Virus record (IMG/VR): IMGVR_UViG_3300045988_056900 | DNA length: 64,000 bases | DNA from: a virus | Direction: 5' to 3' (one strand) | Shown: one piece after another, positions 10,804 through 24,100 of the stretch | Position numbering within the stretch: the stretch's first letter is position 1 | How the letters are laid out: each line of letters begins with the position of its first letter | Notes under the pieces: model-generated | Seen by the model: only the letters and a program-made list of their open reading frames with translations | The model's database searches: none | What the model was told of the DNA's origin: nothing | Program-made: the position numbers and the translations under genes

Positions 10804-10920
10804 TTTTAAGACTTCTAGACAAACGCTATTATATTACTTGACCAATTGTACTACTACACCTATAAAATGGCTTAGAACGCATCTAAATACGTTATAAAGA
10901 TATTTAATAAATAATGCATT

Positions 10921-11583
10921 ATGAAATTAAACACACTGAATACTATTATTGATGATATTCTACTTGAATTGCGCAATAGTTCTGTTGCTGAATCAGAACA
11001 TATAAGTAGAATATAGATTGAACAATGGATTCACAACTATAGAGCTGTACTCATCAAGTAGGACATAGATAAGGGTAGAGATATAAATCCTATGTATGTC
11101 CAAACTATTCCATGTGTACACATTGATAGAATAGATAGTACAGCAGGTCATATAGAATATAGAAGTGACATAGAATTACCAAAGTTAATAGATTTTCATT
11201 TTAGAACAGGTCTAGTATATGTAAAGGACATGTCTGGCAATCTAATTCAGCTAGGTAATGAAACAAAGATGAAATATCAAAAGTATAGAAAGTATACTTG
11301 CGGAGACTATATAGCATACATCAAAAACAATAGATTGTATGTGGAAGATCCGGGTAATGATCACCAGCTCGAATGGGTAGAGATAGGAGTAATAGCTGAG
11401 AATCCTGCTGATATCAATGAATGTTTCGATCCTGATAGTTCATATCCTGCACCTGCGCATATGATACCTGTAATCAAAGATATGATATTTACTAAAGAAT
11501 TGAATATCATGCATCAGATGCCGTCAGACGAAACTAATAACTCTAGAGATGATATGTAGAACATTAATGTTAAATAGCAATGA
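10921..11583 (+). CDS. Virion-module hypothetical protein (in-frame TAGs)
   Basis: ATG 10921 and fragment 11092..11559 share a frame. The gene ends at a TGA overlapping the next ATG (11580). Confidence 0.65.
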
Positions 11584-12023
11584 AGAAATCTTATACAATA
11601 AGCGACTTCTATGAGTTCTACTTATCTTATATCGAAAGGGAAACTGTATATGATGTTGATTACAAAACATACAGACAAATTGTTGAAGATTACTTTAAGT
11701 ATATCGTAGAAGAGATAATGGAAAATAGTAGAGAATTCAAACTACCATGTAGACTTGGAAATCTAAGTATAGTAAAACGATAGCCTAAAAACTTTGATAA
11801 TAAGAGTCTTAGGATAGACTATCACGAAAGTAAGGTACAAGGTAAAGCTGTGTACTTTATTAATGAACATAGTAATTACTATAAGTTTAGATTCTTATGG
11901 AGTAAAAAGGATTGTTTACTAACAAATAAGACAAAATATTAGTTTGTAGCTTCTCGCGCTAATAAAAGAAAATTGGCTCAAATAATAAAAAATAGAGAAC
12001 ATGATTACGTTGAAATTAGATGA
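11580..12023 (+). CDS. Hypothetical protein, possibly an HU/IHF-like DNA-binding fold (weak)
   Basis: EFKLPCRLGNLSIVKR-TAG-PKNF loosely resembles the HU/IHF beta-arm region. Single frame with two in-frame TAGs, ending at TGA 12021. Confidence 0.45.
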
Positions 12024-12669
12024 TTTATTTGAATTTAAGAAGGATGGGCAATATCAGTTTGAAGATACACCTGGAGTATATGCAATTGTTAATCTTTTGA
12101 ACAATAAAAAATATATAGGATCAAGTAGTTCTATTAGAAGAAGATATCGTCAACATTTTAATGAATTATCAAATGACAAACACGCTAATCCTATATTACA
12201 AAAAGCATTCAATAAATATGGGTAGAAACATTTCGGATTTTTGATACTAGAAACTTGTGAAAATGTGAAAGATACTCTATTATTCATAGAATAGAAATAC
12301 ATAGATGAATTAGGAGATTATAACATATGTAAAATAGCTGGTAAGACTACCGGTGTACATAATAGTGGTCACATTATAACTCAAAAACATAGAGAAATAA
12401 TTGCAGAGTCTAATAGAAATAGAAAATGGAATGAATCAAGTCTAAAGAAAAAATCAGAACAAATGAGAAATAGTCCACTAGTGGCTAAACAAAGAAAAAA
12501 AGTAGACATGTTTTCTATAGACGGGATATATATACAAACATTTGATTCAATTGCTAATGCTGCAACAAGTATGGGTAACACGAATAAAAGAGTAAGTATA
12601 AAAAGATGTTGCCAAGGCAAATACAAATCGGCTTACGGCTTTATATGGAAATATCACAATAACGATTAA
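12001..12669 (+). CDS. GIY-YIG homing endonuclease (free-standing), two in-frame TAGs
   Basis: GVYAIVNLLNNKKYIGSSSSIRRRYRQH is the GIY-YIG core. The C-terminal region looks DNA-binding (VDMFSIDGIYIQTFDSIANAA...YGFIWKY). Fragments 12001.. and 12463.. share a frame. Confidence 0.8.
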
Positions 12670-12670
12670 T

Positions 12671-13579
12671 ATGATAGACAATAATATGGTATCGTCCAAA
12701 GCAGTTATAGCCAAGATAATTGCTGATTTAGATCTAAAAGAGGACGAGATTAGAATATCTGATGTAAGAGAATACATAGGCGAAGCTATGGAGAAGATAG
12801 GTGCTGTACAATAGTTAGAGCACAAAGTAGTAAATTTAAAAGTAGAGAATTACCAAGCCAAATTACCTTGTGATTTATATAGATTAAATCAAGTAGCGTT
12901 TTCTTTTGAAAACGGATGTGGTTGGTTGCCAATGAGAAAGGTCACCAACTCTTTTGGTGTATATAAGAAATGTGGTGAATGTAATCCTAAAATGTTAATA
13001 AAGGATAATGCTCTTATACCTTTAGTAAAGAATATATTCAATGTTAATACAGATAAGGAAGCTATTGATATTCTTAATGAAGATGTTAATGTTAAGTAGA
13101 CATTAAGTGCTTTAGTAAATCAATATACTATACCTAGTAATAATGGCAGACTTATTATAGGTAATCCGGCAACATTTAATACAAGTTTACAATACTCTAC
13201 TAAACCTGGATATATTACTGTTAATGTACCATGTGGATGGTTAAAAATATCATATCATGCTATTATTACTGATGAAGACAGTATGCCTATGATACCTGAT
13301 ATACCATCATACTTTGAAGCTATATTCTGGTATGTAGCAATGAAGATGTCTTATCCCAAATATTTAAAAGGACAGCTGAATTAGAATATATACTACGATA
13401 TGAGAAACTCATGGAACTTCTACCGTAGATAGGCATATGCAGAAGCTATGATGCCTACTGTAGATGAGTTGGAAACTATTAAGAATGTATGGCACAAACC
13501 TTATACTGAGATGAGGGATCATGATACATTCTTTGAGAGTACAGGAGATGAACAAATACTTTATAATTGGAATAGATAA
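12671..13579 (+). CDS. Virion-module hypothetical protein (four in-frame TAGs)
   Basis: ATG 12671 in one frame to TAA 13577, which overlaps the next ATG (TAATG). Confidence 0.65.
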
Positions 13580-16500
13580 TGACTAATACATTATAGACAA
13601 ATACTTTCGTTGGTGGTATGAATCTAGATACAGATGTAACTATGATACCAGACAATCAGTATAGATATGCGGAGAATGTACGTGTAATTACTGATACTGA
13701 TGGTACCACAGGTGTGTTGCAGAATGTATAGGATACTAGAATGGTAGAGGGAGGAGACTTCTTGAACCCCAATGAAACAGTACTAGCTGCTACTACAGTT
13801 GATAAGTATGGTGTCATACTTACTGTAGATGGTACTAAAATATGCAGAATATATAGAGTAGAAGGTTATGATGATCTACCATTAAAAGCTACAGTAATAG
13901 TCAAAGGTGAACTGGGTTATAATGTAAGTTCTAAAGTAAAAATAGTAGCTAACTATGAATCTGCTACTATTATTAAAATCTATATAGCCTCTCCAGATCA
14001 GACTATTAAGACTCTTAATATAATGGACGGTAGATATATGCAAACTCCTAACGGTAATCCTTTACTAGACTCTAATGGTAATCTAAAGAATACTAGTCTG
14101 TTGGATATACAAATATCTACTTTACTCGGAGCACCAGAAGTAATATCATTGGGAGGAGGTTCGCTGACTACCGGTATAGTACAGTACTCTTATCAGTTAT
14201 TTAATGCTCGTGGTTCTGCTACTAACTTCTCTCCAGTTAGTAATGCTATACATCTTACTAATAGTGAAGTATCAGGAGGATAGAAGAACTATATGGGCAA
14301 TAATAAGGATGTAAACTCTGGTAAAAGCGTTAACTTTAAAGTTAAATTAAATGATGTACCTGAAGGATTATTTGATAATATCAGATTAATTCGTATAAAG
14401 TATAATGACTTTACTGAAAATCCTTAGATTGAAATATTTCAAGAAAATGAGATATCATCTTCTACTAATGAATACATATTTAATGATACTGGTGGTAATG
14501 TAATAAATACTATTACTATAGAAGAGTTTAATAAGATACAAGAGAGTACATTTACTGCGGCTACTATAGAATCCAAGGATAATATATTGTTCGCAGCTAA
14601 TATCAAAGAATCTACATGGAAACCACAATACGATGCTAGATCATATAGATTTACTGCCAGTAACAAGTTAATACTTAATGGTTCTAGTAAAGATCAGAAT
14701 ATAGAAGTAATAGTAACAAATTCTAATCTTAATAGTACTTTGAGTTCTATACCAGAATCTCATGACTGTATTAATCCGTATAATGGTCAAGATCCTGATT
14801 TTAGTAATAGAGATGTATGTAAGTATTAGTTTGGTAGTACTACGTTAGGAGGTACTGGTCTAAATATAGACTATGAATTCGTTACTACAGATGTAATGCT
14901 AGACGATAACTTCACAAATACTCTTACTATAAATACTCCTGTTACTACTAGTGATAAGATTACCATAAACAATCTTAATGGTTCTACTGTATCCTAGATA
15001 TCTCTAGGAGCATCCGGCATAAGCAGATTCAGAAATTATGCTGATCCTTACTTTGCTAGTAAGTATAAAGGATATCAGAGAGATGAAGTATATAGATTTG
15101 GTATTGTATTCTTTAATGAAAGAAACGTTGCTACTCCAGTATATTGGATTGGAGATATTAAATTCCCTCATTGTTGGGAAGCATGTCCATGGTATGTACA
15201 AGATCTTACTCTTTATGGAAAAGCAATTGGTATAAACTTTAAAATAAAGAATTATCCTGATGGAGCTAAAGCATATCAGATAGTAAGATGTAATAGAACA
15301 AAGGAAGATAGAACTATATTAACTCAAGCCCTATTATCTGGAACTGTATCATATCCATATCATTCTGTTAGAGATGCAGAATATGATATAGCGTCTGAGA
15401 ATACTAGAAGACCATATACGTTTTTAGGTAATAGTTGGCAGAAAGTAGGTTAGATAACTGATTCTATTATTGGAAATACTAGTTACTAGTGGATGGTATC
15501 TGAAAGAGTTGACAACTATATATCAACACTTATTAGTCCAGAAATTGATGCTAATTAGGATGACATGGCGAAGAGTGTCAAAGGTTGTAGAGCAGATATG
15601 TGTTTGAAATTAGATCCTAGAACTAATCATAAAGAACATATAAGTTCTGTTGGTGGACAAGCTACAGCATATGGCTATTACGTTAAATCTAATAGAACAT
15701 AGTAGGTAAAAAGTGGAGTAGCAGTTACTAATGAATACGCTAGCCAAAGTTCTAGAGTAGGTTCAATAGCAAGTTCTAGTTCAGAGGCTCTTAATGATAT
15801 ATTCATGGTAGGAAATGCAGCAGAGTGGACTGGTATAACTAATTTGATAGGAAAGAGATATATAGCTCACTATACTGGATTTGGAACTACTAGGGGTAAA
15901 TTTGATATAAATGAATCTGTTAGTCCTATTATAATGGAAGGATTCTCTTGGCCTGATGCAGCATCTAAACATTCTTCTATATCTGGTAAAACTTATCTTA
16001 ATGCTACTGTAAGTATGAATGGTAGATAGGATAATCAAGAAATATATAATAAGACTGGTTACTATGGAAATTGTGTTGTTGTCACTAGAGATAACAATAA
16101 TATAGGTGTACAACAGAATATAAACATAGATAGAGCTGGTACAGAACCTATGAGTCCTAGAGTTTCTGGTACTATTGCTGATCTTATTAGAGAGTTTAAT
16201 TATACTCAATTTACTACACCAGTAGTTAATATAAAAACTAACAATATACCATACAGTGGAAACACTTATAGTGCTCGTAGCAACTCTACTTATATAAGCA
16301 CATATACATATCATGACTTATCTGATCGTAACGCTATAGTATTTGGTGGTGATACTTATTTAGGAGTGTTAGATCATAAAACTGTAATGTATATTCCTCA
16401 ATTCTGGGGAGGTGTACAAAGTCCTGATGTGAACTGTGGAGTTACAGTTTCAGACTATATTCCTTTTGAGACTACTATTAATCTTGCTTTATTGTATGGT

Positions 16501-17694
16501 AGTTCTGCATCTAGAGTTGGATCTAGTGATCTAGATTATGTAGACCCGTACTTATCATTATCTATCTCTGGTGCATCATATGGTGGTCATACATAGAGTA
16601 AACCATATTTTGCATATAATGATGCTTACTCTAGATAGCCAGATGCTTAGATGTATGTAACAGATTCTAATTATTCCATTAGCAATTTGCAGTCTGGTAA
16701 TAGAATTAGATACTCTGGTACTAAAACAGCCAATGAGATATCAGATAGTTGGACATCATTTAAACCAGCAGATTATCTTGATGTAGATTCATCTCATGGA
16801 GATATTACAAACTTAAAGCAGTTTAATAATCAGTTATTATTCTGGTAGAAAGATGCCGTAGGAATAGCATCTGTAAACGATAGATCACTTATAACAGATA
16901 ACAATCAAGCTCCTCTAGTATTAGGTACTGGCGGTGTACTGGATAGATATGACTATTTAACTACATCCAATGGATCTGATACACCAAATGATAAAAGTAT
17001 TGTAACTAGTCCTAATGGTTTATATTGGTATGATGATAGTAAGAATGAAATATGTTCATATGGTAATGGAGTATAGAAATTATCCAAAGCTAAGAGTGTT
17101 CAATCATGGTTAAATACAGATAAACAAAAAGCAAAAGTAAGTATATATGATCCTAAGTTTAATGAAGTACAGATGGGATTTGAAGATAAAGTGCTTACTT
17201 ATGATGAACAAATTCAATAGTTCTCTTCGTTTAGAACATTTAATCCAGATAATTACTTATCATTCCCAGACAAACTCTTGTATATTAAGGACTAGATAAT
17301 AAAAGAAAGCGCAGATTTTCCGTTAAATGAATTAAAGTCTAGATTATAGATAGTAATCAATAAAGATCCATTGTTAACTAAGACGTTTGATAATGTGTTC
17401 TTTAGTGGAGAATTTGATGATGTTAGAAAGATGATACAAGTTATTAAATTCACTACAAAGACTCAAGAAGGAACTATATTTAAAGATAATACAGAAGTAA
17501 ATAATCCAATAGAACAGCGAGAAGATACATTTAGGTTTGCTGTTGGTAGGGAGAAAACTAGTGTAGATGATATGTCTCTTCCTGGTAGAATGAAAGGTAA
17601 GTATATGATATGTGATTATATTATTAATTGCAATGATCAACACAACTTCAGACTCCCTAATATAAACACAACATATAGATATTCAATGGTATGA
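13579..17694 (+). CDS. Large (~1370 codon) tail/structural protein, many in-frame TAGs
   Basis: Fragments 13741, 14587, 15805, 16150, 16651 and 17371 all begin at positions congruent to 1 mod 3. The gaps I translated contain only TAG stops. Coding-looking motifs cross the gaps (FVGGMNLDTDVTMIPDNQYRYAENVR; DEVYRFGIVFFNERNVATPVYWIGDIKFP). Confidence 0.75.
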
Positions 17695-19310
17695 AAAAGA
17701 TAAATAAAAGAAAAAAATATGTAGGTGGAGGTATGACACCATATATGCGAACCGATTTCAATTCTCAGCTACCTACACAATTAACAGCTCCACAGTCAGT
17801 ATAGGCATATGCTCCTGGTAATGCTAAACCTACTAGTTCTGCTAATTTCTTGCAATCTAGTAATTTTGCGAATATGTTTGGAGGATCTGGTGGATCTGGA
17901 GGTGGTGGTATGGCAGGAATAGGTCAAGCTGGCGATGCAATTAATTCAATGATCAGTAATATTACAGGTCCTGCTACAGCTTCTACTGTAAGTGAATCTA
18001 GAATGCAAACAGCAATGGGTACTATATCTGGTACTGCTAAAGGAGCAGCTGCAGGTTTTGCAGTTGGTGGTCCTGTTGGTGCTATAGTAGGTGGTGTAGC
18101 TGGATTAGCTTCTGGTATTACTGGTAAGAAAGGCTCTGTATCTGTATCTAAGAATCCATATGATGATACCGTTGATATTAAATATGGTACAGGTATTAGA
18201 GGAGGAGCTAGAAATAGAAGAAAATTACGTCGTCAAGCTGAACAAGCACAAGCTAATGCTAGAAGTAATTAGGCTAGTTTGTAGATGGGAAGTATTAATG
18301 AACAGGAGTTTTACGACGATTACGATAATGATATACAAACAATGGCGCAAGGAGGAATGACCAGTAGTTTAGCATATGTAGATGACGGTGAATTACTTAA
18401 TACTCCACAAGGAGTCATTGCAGAAGTGCCAGAAGAAGGTAAACCTACAGATAGTAATTTGGTTGATCTGCCAGAAGGTACTAGAATACTTAGTGATAAA
18501 AGAAAAGTACCAGGAAGTAAAGAAACATTTGCGCAGATGGGTAAGAGATTAATGTCAAAAAAGAAAACAAATAGAACAGATAAGTATGCAGAGAATGCTG
18601 CAATGCTTAATGAGATGAATGATTAGGCTATTTACAATAAGCTATTCACTATTCAAGAATCTTCTAAGAAAGGAAATACTAAAGTAAACAGATTTGCTAG
18701 TGGAGGTGAATTATATAAAGGTATAGGAGAATTTGTTACAGATTTGACGGCATTGGCTCCTACCATATCTAATATGTATGCAAGACCAGAAACATTTAAT
18801 GCTACATATAATCCATATGAGTCTTAGATTAGATAGACTATGGCTAATCGTAAATTTGATATTAGTCCAGCTAAAAGATCTATTAGAGAAAATAGATCTA
18901 TAAGTAATTACAATGCTGCTAATTATAATCCGAGTACCGGAGCTAACTTAGCTTATAGGTTGTAGAGTCAAATAGCTGCTGATAAAGCTATCGCTGATTT
19001 ATATTCTACGGCTAGTAATGTTAACAATCAATATGCTGGTGAATATGCTAATACTTTAAACAGTCTCGGACAACAAAGAGTTAATGCTACTAATATGGCT
19101 GTTGACGTGAATGCTAGAAGCAGAGCAGCTGCTAGAAATATTCAGAGAACTGCTTTAACTCAATTAAGTCAGTATGCACAAAATAAACAGTTGATGAAAA
19201 ACCAGAAGAGTAGAGATATGGCTATGTTGGATATGTATGGACCGTTTCTTGAAGCTGGTTATAGTTCTAAAGATTTTGCATCATTTATGAAAAAATTTAA
19301 GAAAGGATAA
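17691..19310 (+). CDS. Gly-rich internal virion/ejection-type protein (in-frame TAGs)
   Basis: ATGA overlap with the upstream gene. Fragments 17850, 18285 and 19095 share a frame. GGSGGSGGGGMAGIGQAG and AAGFAVGGPVGAIVGGVAGLASGI segments are present. Confidence 0.65.
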
Positions 19311-19312
19311 TT

Positions 19313-21187
19313 ATGGCAGCAAATATGTATGATCAAGCCGCATAGGCTCAATTTATAAATACTTATGTACCTATCAATTTTGGAGAATTATATAGAATAG
19401 GTGCAGCATAGAAAGCTGCTGTAGACGAAGCGGCTCAATAGTTTGGAACTCAACTGTAGAAATTCGGTGAGTTCCAATCACCGTCTTAGATAGATACACA
19501 GAGATATTATGATCTTACTATAGGTAGATAGGATTTCCAGAATGCTATTAATCAAATGGTAGCTAATCCAGATTACTTAAAAGATGCAGCTAATAGATCT
19601 TAGCTATAGTCTATGATAAATAGTATTGATTACTCTACTCTTAGTTAGCTAAAACAAAGTTCTGAAAATCTCAATGCTAGACAAAAAATGATTGCTCAAA
19701 TGAAGGCTCAAGGAAAGTATAATCCAAATTGGGACGATATAAATATCAATCTATGGGATACTTCTAATAAAGGCATCATGACAGAATTATCTCCATTAGA
19801 GTGGATGAATGCTAATTAGCTAAGTAATGTATATTTTGATAATCTTAAACCTAGTACCTTACAAAGTGTATATAAAGACGGAGTTAAATATCAAAGATAG
19901 GGAATTACCTATGATACCTTAAAAGGTATTGCTGAAGCTAGATTCAATGACTTAATAGCTACTCCATAGGGTCAAATGTATTATAGAGATGCGTTACGTG
20001 CTTCTGGAGGAGATGAAGCAGCTGCAAAAGAAGCTTTTACTACAATGATAGCAGATTCACAACGTGATAGAATAGTAGAATAGGAAACTATTGATCCATA
20101 CTGGTTAGCTATGGCTAAACAGAGAATGTCTGCTGGTTCTAATCAACCATATTCTGTTATGCCTACTAGACAACAAATGCTAGAAACAGATTGGTCTAGT
20201 AAAGTAGTACCTAAGTTTAGTAATATTCCAGAGTCTTCTAGAAAAGAAATAGAAAATCTTGCTTCAATAGCTAAAGCAGAATACGACAAGTATTAGAAGA
20301 GTGGTAGTGATGAAGATTATATTAATTATCTAAAAGCTGCTAATAGAGCACAATAGTATCAGTCTGACGCGTATCAAAAGAATATGCAAAAACTTATGAA
20401 GGAAGATTTTTAGAAAGCTGCAAACTTTAAATTATCTGATGATCCTAATAAATCTAAAGAATATAGTAGAAAAGGATATTTAAGAGGAATATCTTATGCT
20501 TTAGATGAAGCTAGTTCTACTGCTTCTTTAATAAAAGAGGATCCTATCTTAACATCGTTAGGTGCCACATATCAAGATTATACTTAGGCTAATGGCTAGA
20601 AAGTAGGCGTGTATTAGTTTAATAACTCTAATGGGTTTATGTTACCTGAGACTGTATTCTAGTTTGCTACAAATACTGGACAATCTAAAGTAAAGAGAGA
20701 CGCGGGATTATTTAGAAGTGGTGATTTCCCATTTAAAGAATTAGTTGAAAATGGTAGATTAGGAGATGTACAATTTGTTCCAGAAAATAGATAGAATTTA
20801 ATACAACTTGGAAATAACAAACTCATAAAAGGTAAGTTAAGAATACCAGTTGAAGAAATAGAGAATACATTAGGAACTGGAATATTATATAGTCTAAAAG
20901 GAGATGCTCCATCAGATTATTTGTCTCCAACCAGTTTATTTGCCAGATAGTCTACTAAACGAGCTCTAGAGGACAATTTTGGTAGTAGAGAAATAAAATA
21001 TGGAGAAGATGGAGAACCATTCTATGAAGTAGAAGTATATAGACAATTACCTGATGATAATAATGGAGATTACTGGTATCAAGTAAACCAGCTTAGAGAG
21101 AATTCACCATCATAGAGAGGAGTAGGTGGAGCTACCCAAGCTCAAGCAATGCAAGAACAATCTGTACGTAGTATATACAACCAATAA
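19313..21187 (+). CDS. Virion-module hypothetical protein (many in-frame TAGs)
   Basis: ATG 19313 and fragment 20111.. share a frame. TAA at 21185. Confidence 0.65.
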
Positions 21188-21193
21188 TGACAT

Positions 21194-24100
21194 ATGAGTA
21201 AGAAAAAGATACCTGACTATACGTTAGTAGATAGTTTTGAGACAAATAATAATAGGGCTAAAGCAATGTTTAGCCCTAAAGTGGATACTGATGCATATTT
21301 GAATGTAGTACATAATCCACCATATGAGGGAACTCCTAATAATTTTAATTGGTTCTCTAATGCTTTCTATGACTGGAATTTAACTAGAAATTAGGCTAGT
21401 AAAGAAGCGGCTCTGGGCGAATATGTATATCTACAAGAGGACTACGAAACATTGGAAGGAGCTAAATAGTATTTGTAGGCTATTAATGACATACTGAATC
21501 TGCAAGAAGATAAGGATAATACAGACGAATAGAAAGAATAGCATATAAATCAACTTAAAGGAGTTATAGAACAAACTAAACCTAGTTATGATAAATTACT
21601 AAATAAAGAATTTAACAATAACTCTATTAAAGACTTCATATTTCCTGAAAGATTAACTACGTTAAGCCCGCAACAGCAGATAGATATTATAGACAAATTC
21701 CTCACAGGAACACTACAGGAAGGAGGAGTAATAGCTAGAAGAGATGAAGCTTTAGAGAAAGCTAAAAAGTATCAAAATTTTACTGAGTATTGGGAAAGCA
21801 AAATGAATTCTGATTACTATAATAGGAAAAAGAGTTCTCCAGGTATGGATCTTGCTGATATAGATACTTATTTGTACAAAATGCCAGGTCTTATGGGTTC
21901 ATCTGCTTCTAGTTTAGGTTCTTAGTTAGTAGGAACCATAGGTGCAGCTATTTCTACTAAAGGTGGATTAGCTACATTAGGAGGTGTTATTGCAGCTATA
22001 GGTGGAAACGTTAATGCTAGAGATTAGGAATCTAAAGCAGAGGTATATTCTAATTATAAACAAAGCTTAATTAATGCAGCAGAAAAAAATAAAATAAATC
22101 AAGATGTATTAAAAGAAGCTAAATAGAATATGATAGATTCTGGACAGTATACTCCAGAACAGATAGAAAATGACGATTATGTATATGATTAGATAATTGC
22201 TGACAAAGTAAATATTAGTAATGTTAAGTTTAATAAGTTACGTACAGAAAATTTAGAAGGGTTAAAATCTTTATATATGGACAATATGGCTTTATCTGGA
22301 AGCGATATTGTTCAAACTTTTTTAGAAGTAACACCATTACATCAGATAGCTAAAGATGTACGCGGATTTAAATTACTTAAAAGTTTAGCAAATACTAAAG
22401 CCGGAAAAACTGTAGAAACAGTAGCTAACAAGTATGGTACTATTAAAGAACAACTTGCTGATAGAATTGATGATGTAGTATCTTTCGGTATAGATAATGT
22501 TGACAAATTACCAAGATTAACGAGAAGAAAACAAATATTAGATATAGGAGGAAGAGTAGTAATAAGCAGTGCCTTAGAAGGAGCTGAAGAAGGAACTCAA
22601 TATATCAAAGGACAGAGATATATAAATAGAGATTTTGATTCTGATCCTAATTTACTAAAAAGTTGGGCTAAAAATATAGGTACAGGAGCTAGATCTATTT
22701 TTGCAGCTATAACTCCTTGGGATCCTGTGTATTCTGATGACGAAGAGTTTTTAGAGAACTTTAAAGGAGGAGCACTACTTGGAGGGATAATGACTGGAGC
22801 TATTGGTACTGCTACTTCTATTCAACCTGTTAATAGATAGATATCAGGACAAAGATTCCTTGCAGGTTTATATGCTGATGGAATAGCTAGCAAGGATCAA
22901 GTACGTAAAAATATTCAGTATAGTAAAAGCATACGAGAAGGAAAATGGGATACAGTTTATCAAGCTTTTGATGATCTGGAATAGGCTAATATAGATGGAA
23001 TAGACTCTTCTGTAATACAGGGAGAAAAGAAAAGGGCTAATTAGTTTTATAATACATTTACTTCTAAATAGACATTATAGTAGGCTAATAACATAGGCAT
23101 TGACCCTAGAACTGAAGATTACGACATATTTGTATCTTTAAAGTAGTATCATGATGAACGATATAGTGATGCTAGAAGATTATATAGTGATTACGCATCT
23201 CAAGCGGATAATATATTATATAGCCCTGAAGTACAAGAACATATTCTTAACATAAATAAGGACTTGAATATTGATCAACAGGCTAGCGTTAGATCCCTAA
23301 TAAAAATATAGGCAGAATTAGAAGCATCTAAAAAATTAATCAACGATGTATTTAATAGTTCTGATAAATTAGATGAGATTCAGAGATACACTGGAATTAA
23401 AGTAAATAAATCTGACGTTAATTACTTTTCTAGAATATTAAGATAGAATATAAAAGATCTAGAAGAGCAATATAATAATCTTAAAACATATTTACCAGAT
23501 ACTAATATAAAAGATGAATAGTTAGAAGTTCCTAAAGTACACCAGGATCTTAATGATGCATACGAAAAAACTATTCTAGCCAAATTAGATCTAGATAGAG
23601 CTTAGGATGACTATTCTATAATGAATTCTACAGATGAATAGTTGATTAAATCTAGAATAGATAGATGGAAAGGAGTAGAAAGTAAAGATGAAGAGTTTGT
23701 TTAGAGATTAAATGACTCTTATTCTGGAAAATAGGAGGAAAAGGTAATAGAAGAAAGCGAAGATATTAAGGCAGAACCTATAGATAATACCACTGCTCCA
23801 GTAGAAGTAGAACCTATTAAACCAGAACAACAGAAAGAAGCAGAGCCTTAGTCTATTACTGATACTAGAAATGCTGCAGAGTGGATTCAAAGAAAATACT
23901 TTAAGCAAGAAAGAGATGAAAGAGGTAATAATAAGCAAGTATTAAATGCTGACAATATATATGGACAAGCATATAATGAGGCTACAGAAGCTTTAAGAGA
24001 GGCATACCATAAAATAAATCCAAACGCTAAGAAGTTTAACACTTTTTCTGCATCTATTATACTACAAGACCCTAAATTCTCTAAAGACGAAAGAGCTGAT

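Noticed and set aside
15781-16314. A 177-aa minus-strand ORF inside the large structural gene.
   Set aside because: It is a shadow ORF whose product is an Ile/Ser/Tyr-rich AT-bias artefact. The plus-strand frame carries a coherent protein sequence.
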